In this document: in pieces, positions 1 through 8,200 of the stretch | How the letters are laid out: each line of letters begins with the position of its first letter | How positions within the stretch are numbered: the first letter of the stretch is position 1 | Assembly (NCBI GenBank): GCA_963845515.1 | Contig: CAWJSR010000018.1 | Span: 1-39,645, forward strand | Length of the DNA stretch: 39,645 nt | Direction of reading: 5' to 3' | From: an uncultured delta proteobacterium | GTDB taxonomy: Bacteria; Myxococcota; Myxococcia; Myxococcales; Anaeromyxobacteraceae | Made by a program: the position numbers and the translations under genes | Notes under the pieces: model-generated | What the model was told of the DNA's origin: nothing | The model's database searches: none | The model's input: only the letters and a program-made list of their open reading frames with translations

Positions 1-1173
1 CGACGCCTGTGACGTGGAGTGGGTTCGTCAGGACGCGGTCGCGGTGCGCCGGCTGCGCCATGCGCGCGCCGGCTTCCTGGTGCGCGGGAGCTGCGGGCGC
101 CGGCCCGGTGTAACGTCCGCCTTTGGCGGTTGCCGTCGCATGGCGCCGTGGGTACAACGTCATGCATGGCAAGGAAGAAGAAGATGAAGACCAGCGACCA
201 CCATCCGCGAGGAACGGGCCGGGATTGAGAAGGCGGCCGAGGCGCAGCACCTCCCTGTCTCCACGTGGCTGCGCCAGATAGCGCTGAAGGAGTGGGCCAA
301 CCTTCGCGAGCTGGAGGACCGGCGAACGAAGGGGCGTGACCTGAAGGCACGGCCGCCGGAGGAGCTCTCGCGGCTCCCAGCAGCGCACGAGCACGCCGAC
401 GAGGTAGAGCTCGCGAGGAAGAGGGACTGGGGGCGGCGATGAGCCGCGTGCTGGTGGACACGTCCGTCTTCATCGAGGCGGAGCGCCGGAACCTTCAAGG
501 CGCTCGAGCGCTTCAAGGACCTGCTGGATCAGGATGTGATTGCCGTGTCGGTGGTGACGGTGGTGGAGCTGCTCGCGAGCTCCACGCTCCCAGCAGAGCA
601 GCGCAGGTTCTTCATACGGCCCTCTTCACGGCGGAGGTCGAGATCCTGCCCGCGACGAAGGACGCCGCCTCCGCGGAAATACGTGCCGCGCGCATGGCCG
701 GAGGCGGTACCGCCCCGGACATCCTCATCGCCGGGACCGCGATCGAGCTGGGTCTGAAGGTCGTGCAGTTCGACGCCGACCTTGCACGGATCCTGGGACA
801 GTCGGCGGAGCTGTTGCGGGCGTCTTGAGCCCGGTGGGGGCGCAGCGCCCCCACGTCACGGCCACGGCGTCACGACGATGAAGAGGGCGACGCCGTCCTT
901 CTCCTTCGCGACCTGGTGGACGATCCGCTGCCCCTTCTCGATCGTCACGCGCGACTGCGTGTTCTTCTGCGCCATCGCCACCTCGATCGTGACGATGTCT
1001 CCGCGGACCTCGACGACCGAGAGGGCGGCCTGGCTGCTGTCCGGCAGGTCTATGAAGGTCGACCGCCCCTGCGCGAGCGACGGGGGGGTCCGATCCGAGA
1101 CGAGCTCCCACCGCTGCCACGCCAGCGCCGAGACCTGCTTGCGCACGTCCTCCAGCCTGGGGTCGATCTGCGC

Positions 1174-1515
1174 GTGGCGAAGGCGTCGCGCGCCGCGCCG
1201 GCGCAGATCGACCCCAGGCTGGAGGACGTGCGCAAGCAGGTCTCGGCGCTGGCGTGGCAGCGGTGGGAGCTCGTCTCGGATCAGACCCCGTCGCTCGCGC
1301 AGGGGCGGTCGACCTTCATAGACCTGCCGGACGGCGGCCAGGCCGCCCTCTCGGTCGTCGAGGTCCGCGGAGACATCGTCACGATCGAGGTGGCGATGGC
1401 GCAGAAGAACACGCAGTCGCGCGTGACGATCGAGAAGGGGCAGCGGATCGTCCACCAGGTCGCGAAGGAGAAGGACGGCGTCGCCCTCTTCATCGTCGTG
1501 ACGCCGTGGCCGTGA
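1174..1515 (+). CDS. Hypothetical protein, C-terminal part only (5' end lost at the fold-back junction)
   Basis: Open frame VAKASRAAPAQIDPRLEDV...FIVVTPWP with GC3-rich codon usage. The upstream half of the 916..1515 ORF is just the antisense mirror. Confidence 0.65.
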   Translation: MAKASRAAPAQIDPRLEDVRKQVSALAWQRWELVSDQTPSLAQGRSTFIDLPDGGQAALSVVEVRGDIVTIEVAMAQKNTQSRVTIEKGQRIVHQVAKEKDGVALFIVVTPWP

Positions 1516-1516
1516 C

Positions 1517-1537
1517 GTGGGGGCGCTGCGCCCCCAC
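1517..1537. terminator. GC hairpin between convergent genes, possible bidirectional terminator
   Basis: gtgggggcgc-t-gcgcccccac perfect inverted repeat between the stops at 1515 (+) and 1543 (-); no U-tract. Confidence 0.5.
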
Positions 1538-1542
1538 CGGGC

Positions 1543-1929
1543 TCAAGACGCCCGCAACAGCTCCGCCGACTGTCCCAGGATCCGTGCAAGGTCGGCGTCG
1601 AACGTCACGACCTTCAGACCCAGCTCGATCGCGGTCCCGGCGATGAGGATGTCCGGGGCGGTACCGCCTCCGGCCATGCGCGCGGCACGTATTCCCGCGG
1701 AGGCGGCGTCCTTCGTCGCGGGCAGGATCTCGACCTCCGCCGTGAAGAGGGCCGTATAGAACCTGCGCTGCTCTGCTGGGAGCGTGGAGCTCGCGAGCAG
1801 CTCCACCACCGTCACCACCGACACGGCGATCGCATCCTGATCCAGCAGGTCCTTGAAGCGCTCGAGCGCCTGAAGGTTCCGGCGCTCCGCCTCGATGAAG
1901 ACGGACGTGTCCACCAGCACGCGGCTCAT
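1543..1929 (-). CDS. vapC: PIN-domain (VapC family) toxin
   Basis: MSRVLVDTSVFIE (PIN N-terminal DT motif), TVVEL, DILIAGTA, VVTFDADL; 128 aa; ATGA overlap with the upstream small gene. Confidence 0.85.
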   Translation of the reverse strand: MSRVLVDTSVFIEAERRNLQALERFKDLLDQDAIAVSVVTVVELLASSTLPAEQRRFYTALFTAEVEILPATKDAASAGIRAARMAGGGTAPDILIAGTAIELGLKVVTFDADLARILGQSAELLRAS

Positions 1930-2213
1930 CGCCGCCCCCAGTCCCTCTTCCTCGCGAGCTCTACCTCGTCGGCGTGCTCGTGCGCTGCTGGGAGCCGCGA
2001 GAGCTCCTCCAGCAGCCATGCCTTCAGGTCACGCCCCTTCGTTCGCCGGTCCTCCAGCTCGCGAAGGTTGGCCCACTCCTTCAGCGCTATCTGGCGCAGC
2101 CACGTGGAGACAGGGAGGTGCTGCGCCTCGGCCGCCTTCTCGATCCCGGCCCGTTCCTCGGCCGTCAGCCGGATGGTGAGGTCGCTGGTCTTCATCTTCT
2201 TCTTCCTTGCCAT
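1926..2213 (-). CDS. Putative antitoxin with RHH-like N-terminus (DUF1778/MobC-like)
   Basis: MARKKKMKTSDLTIRLTAEERAGIEKAAEAQHLPVSTWLR shows a beta-strand/helix/helix RHH pattern; 95 aa; coupled to the PIN gene. Confidence 0.7.
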   Translation of the reverse strand: MARKKKMKTSDLTIRLTAEERAGIEKAAEAQHLPVSTWLRQIALKEWANLRELEDRRTKGRDLKAWLLEELSRLPAAHEHADEVELARKRDWGRR

Positions 2214-2220
2214 GCATGAC

Positions 2221-2249
2221 GTTGTACCCACGGCGCCATGCGGCGGCAA
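2221..2249 (-). promoter_or_regulatory. Sigma70-type promoter TTGCCG-N17-TACAAC, probably leaderless transcript
   Basis: On the minus strand the -10 ends 7 nt before ATG 2213 and there is no Shine-Dalgarno sequence. Confidence 0.55.
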
Positions 2250-2266
2250 CCCGCCAAAGGCGGACG

Positions 2267-3037
2267 TTACACCGCCGGCGCCGGCAGCTTCCCGCGCACC
2301 AGGAAGCCGGCGCGCGCATGGCGCAGCCGGCGCACCGCGACCGCGTCCTGACGAACCCACTCCACGTCGCCGGCGTCGGTGACCGTGCAGTGCCACGTCT
2401 CGGCGGGCCCCCTCGGCTTCCTCGCGGCGAAGGCGGCGGGGGTGAAGACGCCCACGTTGGTGCCTCCCGCCGGATCCCGCGCCGACGCGTAGCGGAAGGC
2501 CTCGACGCCGGCCTCGCGCATCTCGGTGCCGAGCTGCTGCGACGCGCCGTAGGAGCCCCTCGCCGAGATGCGCGCCCGGTGCTCAGCGAAGGGCGGCGCC
2601 GTCAGGTCGATCCCGGCGCCGGTCGCGACGCGCGCGCGAAACACCGAGAGCTGCGTGGTGTTCGGGAGGAGCGAGGCGCTCGTCCCGGCGAAGAAGAGGA
2701 GCCGGTAGTAGGAGAGCTCGGCGAGCGCGGTCTCGCGGCTGTCGGAGCCGTACCAGATGCCCCGCTCGTGCCGGCGCCCGAAGCGCGAGCCGTGGGCGAG
2801 CGGCGGGTACCTGAACGGCGTCGCCAGCAGGTAGTGGAGCCCCTGGAACTCACCGTCCGCCGGGACCGGCGGCTTCGCGGCGTCCAGGAGCTCCTCGAGG
2901 AGCGCCTGCTCGGCGAGCGAGTCGACGAGCGCCCGCGTCGAGACCAGGTGCTGCGCCTCGACCGCGCGCCACGGCTCGGCGACGAGCCGCCGGCGCTCAG
3001 TTCTTCCCGCGCATCGCGTCCAGATACTGGCCGACAC
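2267..3037 (-). CDS. RES-domain toxin (MbcT/ParT-like NAD+ phosphorylase family)
   Basis: WRAVEAQH, GSRFG, GIWYGS...TALAE, FRYASARD carry the R-E-S signature; GTG start overlaps the antitoxin stop by 41 bp. Confidence 0.88.
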   Translation of the reverse strand: MSASIWTRCAGRTERRRLVAEPWRAVEAQHLVSTRALVDSLAEQALLEELLDAAKPPVPADGEFQGLHYLLATPFRYPPLAHGSRFGRRHERGIWYGSDSRETALAELSYYRLLFFAGTSASLLPNTTQLSVFRARVATGAGIDLTAPPFAEHRARISARGSYGASQQLGTEMREAGVEAFRYASARDPAGGTNVGVFTPAAFAARKPRGPAETWHCTVTDAGDVEWVRQDAVAVRRLRHARAGFLVRGKLPAPAV

Positions 3038-3377
3038 TCACGAGCCCCGAGACGGTCTGGATGAGCTGCAGCGGCACGCCGCCCAGGTGGGCGTTCGCGC
3101 CGCGGAGCCAGCGACGGCAGGCCTCGGCGTCGCCACCCAGCAGCGCGTCGAGCCCCCGGTAGAGCCGCAGGAAGAGGAGCGCCAGCTCGCCCTCCTTCTG
3201 GGCGGCCTGGATGGAGCGCCCGGAGCGGAGGCGCGAGATCGAGGCGGCGCTCACGCCGAGGATCCTGGCGAGCGCCGCGTCGGGCAGCGCGAGCCGCTCG
3301 GCGGCCCGGAGCGTGGCCTTCGTGACCACCGCGTCGGGTGCGACGGCGGGGCTGGCGCGGGCGGTCCTGGGGTGCAT
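2997..3377 (-). CDS. Xre/MbcA/ParS-family antitoxin
   Basis: HTH LARILGVSAASISRL plus C-terminal WLRGANAHLGGVPLQLIQTVSGLVSVGQYLD; AAGGAG SD before ATG 3377. Confidence 0.88.
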   Translation of the reverse strand: MHPRTARASPAVAPDAVVTKATLRAAERLALPDAALARILGVSAASISRLRSGRSIQAAQKEGELALLFLRLYRGLDALLGGDAEACRRWLRGANAHLGGVPLQLIQTVSGLVSVGQYLDAMRGKN

Positions 3378-3383
3378 GCGGCT

Positions 3384-3427
3384 CCTTGCACCTGCAAGTA
3401 TGTACGGCCGTTCTTGCAGGTGCAAGG
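3384..3427. promoter_or_regulatory. Twin palindromic operators CTTGCA-N2-TGCAAG overlapping the Xre-RES promoter (TTGCAC-N17-CATACT, minus strand)
   Basis: ccttgcacctgcaag (3384-3398) and cttgcaggtgcaagg (3413-3427) form a perfect 15-bp inverted repeat, and each half is itself palindromic. Confidence 0.7.
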
Positions 3428-3464
3428 TGCACCGCAGGCGTGGCGGTCCGGTCACCGTTGGGGC

Positions 3465-3494
3465 TTGGCCTTTGTAGTCTCAGGTGACTACACT
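3465..3494 (+). promoter_or_regulatory. Promoter TTGGCC-N18-TACACT with operator palindrome TGTAGTC-N6-GACTACA (3473-3492)
   Basis: Palindrome overlaps the -10, which ends 6 nt before ATG 3501; no SD. Confidence 0.6.
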
Positions 3495-3500
3495 CGTGAC

Positions 3501-3797
3501 ATGAAGACCGCCGGCGTTCGCGAGCTGAAGGCCCACCTGAGCGGGTACCTGCGCGACGTCGAGCGCGGGGACGTGGTGCTCGTGACCGACCGTGGCCGGG
3601 TCGTGGCCGAGCTGCGTCCCCCCGGCGCCGCCGAGCGGGCGCTCTCCCCGGCGGACGTGCGGTACCGCAAGCTCGTCGCCGACGGGCTGCTCCGGCCCGC
3701 TGCGTCCCCCGGCTCGGTCCGCTGGCCCTCCCGCTCCGGGCCGCGGCTCTCGAAGGGCACGTCCCAGGAGCTGCTCGACGCGGAGCGCGGCGAATGA
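3501..3797 (+). CDS. Phd/YefM-family antitoxin
   Basis: MKTAGVRELKAHLSGYLRDVERGDVVLVTDRGRVVAEL is a canonical Phd N-terminus; ATGA overlap with the PIN gene. Confidence 0.9.
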   Translation: MKTAGVRELKAHLSGYLRDVERGDVVLVTDRGRVVAELRPPGAAERALSPADVRYRKLVADGLLRPAASPGSVRWPSRSGPRLSKGTSQELLDAERGE

Positions 3798-4231
3798 CGC
3801 GCCGCCTCTACGTGGAGACGAGCGCGCTGCTCCGCGTCATCCTGGACGGCGACGCCGCGCTGCGCCCCACCCTCTCCGGCGAAGGGCTCTTCACCTCATC
3901 GCTCACGTTCCTGGAGGCGGGACGCTCGATCGCGCGTGCCCGCCGCGAGCGGAGGCTCGACGCGGCCACGGCGAGAGACGCGGAGCGGCAGCTCGCGGCC
4001 TTCGAGCGCGGGTGTGACGTCCTCGCCATGGAGGACGAGGTGATCCGCCGTGCCCGTGACGAGTTCCCAGAGGAGCCGGTGCGGTCTCTCGACGCCATCC
4101 ACCTCGCCTCTCTCCTCGTGCTGGACGAGGCGCTGGGCGAGTTCGCAGTGGCTTCGTGCGACGAGCGCGTCAGGCGCAACGCCCTCGCGCTCGGCTTCGA
4201 CGTCGTCCCCGCGGCTACCGCCGCGCCTTGA
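3794..4231 (+). CDS. vapC: PIN-domain (VapC family) toxin
   Basis: LYVETSALL, TFLE, VRSLDAIHLAS, SCDERV; 145 aa. Confidence 0.88.
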   Translation: MTRRLYVETSALLRVILDGDAALRPTLSGEGLFTSSLTFLEAGRSIARARRERRLDAATARDAERQLAAFERGCDVLAMEDEVIRRARDEFPEEPVRSLDAIHLASLLVLDEALGEFAVASCDERVRRNALALGFDVVPAATAAP

Positions 4232-5141
4232 ACCACTCGAAGGTCCGCGCGAGCCCCTCGCCGATCGGCATCTCCGGCCTCCAGCCGAGCTTCGCCGCGG
4301 CCAGCCTCGGGTCGAGGCAGGAGCGCCGCTGCTCGCCGGCCCGCGCCGCGCCGAACTCGGGCGGGCGCGTGACGCCCGCTGCCTTCGCGAGGTGGCCGTA
4401 GAGCTGGACGACGTCGGTCTCGACCCCGGTGGCGACGTTCACGGAGCCGTCGAAGCCCGCCTCGGCGGCGAGCAGGTTCATGCGCGCGACGTCGGCGACG
4501 TAGACGTAGTCGCGGGTCTGCTTCCCGTCGCCGTAGACGGTGCAGGGCTTCCCGTCGAGCAGCCTGCCCGAGAAGATGGCGACGACGCCGGCCTCGCCGT
4601 GCGGATCCTGGCGCGGCCCGTAGACGTTGGCGTAGCGCAGGCACGCGGCCTTGATGCCGTGGGACGCGCGGAAGACGCCGAGGTAGAGCTCGCTCGCCAT
4701 CTTCGCGGCGCCGTAGGCGGAGACCGGGGCCGGCAGCAGCGTCTCGGGCGAGGGGATGACGTCCGTCTCGCCGTAGCCCGCGCCGCCCGAGGAGGCGAAG
4801 AGGAGCTGGCGGACGCCCGCGCCGGCCGCGGCCGTCAGGAGATTCAGGAGGCCGCCGACGTTCACGTCGGCGTCGAAGCGCGGGTCGGCCATCGACCTGC
4901 GGACGTCGATCTGCGCGGCGTGGTGGCAGAGGACGTCGGGCCTCTCCTCCGCGACCGCCTTCGCCGCCTCGGGGCTGCGGACGTCGCAGACGTGTAGCCG
5001 GACGCCCTTCGCGACGTTCTCGCGCCTTCCAGAGGAAAGGTCGTCGAGCACTGCCACGTCCCAGCCCCGGGAGAGGAACAGGTCGGCGACGGTGGAGCCG
5101 ATGAACCCGGCGCCGCCGGTGATCAGGATCTTCTTCGACAT
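4215..5141 (-). CDS. NAD-dependent nucleotide-sugar epimerase (UDP-glucose 4-epimerase-like SDR)
   Basis: ITGGAGFIGS Rossmann motif, YGAAK catalytic YxxxK, RYANVYGPRQDPHGEAGVV, GDGKQTRDY. Confidence 0.92.
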   Translation of the reverse strand: MSKKILITGGAGFIGSTVADLFLSRGWDVAVLDDLSSGRRENVAKGVRLHVCDVRSPEAAKAVAEERPDVLCHHAAQIDVRRSMADPRFDADVNVGGLLNLLTAAAGAGVRQLLFASSGGAGYGETDVIPSPETLLPAPVSAYGAAKMASELYLGVFRASHGIKAACLRYANVYGPRQDPHGEAGVVAIFSGRLLDGKPCTVYGDGKQTRDYVYVADVARMNLLAAEAGFDGSVNVATGVETDVVQLYGHLAKAAGVTRPPEFGAARAGEQRRSCLDPRLAAAKLGWRPEMPIGEGLARTFEWFKARR

Positions 5142-5194
5142 GGCGCGAATCTTCGTTCACTCGGCGCGGCCTGCCAAGGGCGCCGCAGAGACGA

Positions 5195-5230
5195 GCCGGG
5201 GCCGCAGCGATGACCCGCTGCGGCCCCGGC
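5195..5230 (-). terminator. 15-bp perfect hairpin downstream of the multicopper oxidase gene
   Basis: gccggggccgcagcg-atgacc-cgctgcggccccggc, 22 nt after the stop codon; weak U-tract. Confidence 0.65.
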
Positions 5231-5252
5231 CGACTGCCCCCCCGAGCGGCGA

Positions 5253-8200
5253 CTACGGGATGATCACGTAGTCAAACCACGTGTACGCATCCCTGAGCGT
5301 GGAGGCCGGATCGGTCTTCACGTCGGCGATGACCTGGTAGGAGCCCGTCCCAGTAGTTCCGGGCAGCGTCCAGGTCGCGGTGGTGCTCCAGTCCTGCACG
5401 GTGGTGAACGTCAGCCCGCCGTCGGACGTGAGCCAGAACCGGTACAGGTAGCCCGTGGAGCCCTGCCCGGCCGCCGTGAAGATCACGTCGGTCCCAGCGG
5501 TGTGCGGTGACGGCGAGTCCGCCGTCAGCGTCACCCCGGTCGCAGGCGGCAGTGCCGTCGCCACGACGGCGTAGCTCATCCAGGTGTAGGCGTCCCTCAC
5601 GGTGCCAGCTGGATCCGTCGTGACGTCGGCGACGACGAGGTAGGTCCCCACCGCGGTCGAGGCGGGGAGCGTCCAGGTCGCGGTCGCGCTCCAGTTCTGC
5701 GCCACCGAGAAGGTGTTGCCGCCGTCCGGGCTCAGCCAGAACCGGTAGCGGTAACCCGTGGACCCCTCTCCCGCCGCCGTGAAGATCACGCTCGTCCCCG
5801 CGACATGCGGACTCGGCGCGCTCGCGGTCAGCGTCACGCCGGTGGCGGGCACGACGGCAACGTCCACGATGGCGTAGTTCATCCACGTGTAGGCATCCCT
5901 GACCGTCGACACTGCATTGGACTTCACGTCGGCGATGACCAGGAAGGTGCCGACCGGCGTCGCGGCGGGGAGCGTCCAGGTGTCGGCAACGCTCCAGTCC
6001 TGCACGACCGTGAACGTCGCGCCGTTGTCGGTGCTCAGCCAGAACCGGTACAGGTAGCTGGTGGAGCCCTGCCCGGCTGCCGTGAAGGTCACGGCCGTAC
6101 CCGCCAGGTGCGGGCTGGGCGCGCTTGCCGTCAAGGTCACCCCGGTCGCGGGCGACAGGGCGCCCGCCTGGAGCGTGTAGACGAGGGCCGTGTACGTATC
6201 CCTCACCGTCGACGCCGGATCCGTCTTGACGTCCGCGAGGACCACGTAGTCCCCCTCCAGCGTGGTGGACGGGAGCGTCCAGGTGTCGGTCGCGCTCCAG
6301 TCCTGCACCACCGTCCAGGTGGCCCCGTTGTCGGGGCTCAGCCAGAACCGGTACTCGTAGCCGGTGGACCCCTGCCCCGCCGCGGTGAAGGCCACGGCAG
6401 TCCCGGGCGGCTGCGGACTCGGTAGGCTCGGCGTGAGCGTAACGCCCGTCGCGGGGACCACGGGGGTCGACACGACGGCGTAGTTGAGCCACGCGTAAGC
6501 ATCCCGGGTCGCCGTGGCGGGATCGGTCCGTACGTCGGCGATGATCAGGTAGGTCCCCACCGGCGCGTTGGCGCCGAGCGTCCAGGACGCCGCCGTGGTC
6601 CAGTCCTGGACCACCGTGAACGTCTGGCCGCCGTCCAGGCTCTGCCAGAAGCGGTACTGGTAGATGGCGGTGGAGCCCTGGCCCATTGCGGTGAAGGTCA
6701 CTGGCGTCCCCGTCACGTGCGGGCTGGGCACGCTCGCCGTGAGGATGACACCGGTGGCCGGCGGGATCGTCAGGCTCCCTGTCGCGATCGCGGAGGTCGC
6801 CTCGCCCGCGGCGTTGTACGCGATGACGCGGTAGCGGATGTTTCCCGCGTCGGGGGTGGTGTCGATGAAGCGGTTCGCGTTGGCCAGGGCCGTGCCGGCC
6901 TGGGTCCAGGTGGCGACGTTGCCACCGCCGTCCGCGATGCCCCGCTCGATCCGGAAGCCGACCTCGTTGGCCGGGTCACCCCAGGCGGCGAGCGTCGAGT
7001 AGCCCACCGGCGTCGGGTCGGTCCAGGCCACGGTCACCGTCCCGTCTCCGTTGGGCGTGAAGCCCGCCAGCGGCTGGCCAGGCGTCACGACGTTCACGGC
7101 GACGGACATCGGCCGCATCATGTCCATCTCCTCGTGGCTGAGGATGTGGCAGTGCCACACGTACTCCCAACCGAAGTTGGTCAGCTCGTTGGTGATGGGC
7201 GGGACGATGGGCTGGGCGAACATGTCGAGGTTGACGAAGCCGTCCGGCGACCCGAGCGGCATCATCGGGTTGAGGGGCCGCACGCTCTCCGTGAGGCCGA
7301 ACGGCACCTTCGGGATGATCGGCCGCATGGCGACGATCGTGTCCTCGAGCGGGCTGATCCGGAGCGTGTCCTTCCAGCCGATCTCGTTGAGGTCCGGCTT
7401 CCGGATGATCCCGTCCCAGCCGACGCGGTTGATGATCTGGACGTCGAACAGGTGGAAGTGGATCGGGTGGGTGTCCACGCCGTTGTGCGTGATCTTCCAG
7501 ATCTGGGAGCCGTCGGTCGTCGTGGTGATCGGGGTCACCGAGACTCCGGGCGGCAGCTCGATCCCTTCGAAGAGCTCCGAGGCGGGGTTGACGTACGGGT
7601 AGAGGATCAGCGTCTGCGCCAGCCCGGCCTGGATGTTGGGCGTCTCGAGGCCGAGGTTGCCGCTCATTCGCCCGTACTCCTTGTCGAAGGCCTCGCCCAT
7701 CTCGTCCTGGATGGCCTTCCGCCGGAGGGGCATCACGAGCGGGGTGCCGACGAGCGTGTCGAAGTCCAGGTACTCGTCGAAGATCTGCACGAGGCCTGCC
7801 CGTGGACCGTTGTTCCAGAACGCCGTGCCGTAGGCAGTGTTGTAGGCGCCCTGCCCGACGACGATCGGGTGCTGCGAGTCCTCGAACACGCCCTGGCCAC
7901 CGAGGCTCTTCGCCTTGAACGCGGTCTGCAGCGCGGCCAGGTTGAACGGGGCCGCCGGCGTCCCCGCCACGACGATCTGCATGACGGTCCGCGTGTTCGG
8001 GCCGTAGCCGGGGAGGGTCGAGGGGGCGCCGCCAGACGAGGTGAGGTCCGCGTTGCCGGTGTAGTAGTCGTAGCGCGGATCACGGGCCGGGAAGGCGGCG
8101 GGGGCGTCGTTGTAGAGGATGAGGGTCTGCCCGGCGAAGGCCGAGAAGTCGACGACGACGTCGACGCGCTCCGCGGGGCCGAGCAGCAGCGAGTGCTGGT

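Larger units (their letters stand above)
1..2378. repeat. ~1.17 kb-arm inverted repeat (1-1173 mirrors 1201-2378; 27-nt unpaired centre 1174-1200); probable fold-back artefact
   Basis: 1141-1173 (gcgcacgtcc...gatctgcgc) is the exact reverse complement of 1201-1233, and base 1 onward matches the reverse complement from 2378. The left arm carries many indels that break the mirrored antitoxin (~166-442) and PIN (439-828) copies, while the right arm has intact ORFs. Confidence 0.95.

Noticed and set aside
166..828. Second, frameshifted antitoxin-PIN pair
   Set aside because: Error-laden mirror of 1543-2213 rather than an independent locus.
856..1515. Two near-identical 199-aa ORFs on opposite strands
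   Set aside because: Product of the palindrome: half real gene, half antisense mirror.
5256..6765. CRISPR-like or non-coding repeat array
   Set aside because: The repeats are ~300-nt in-frame protein domains with codon-level divergence.
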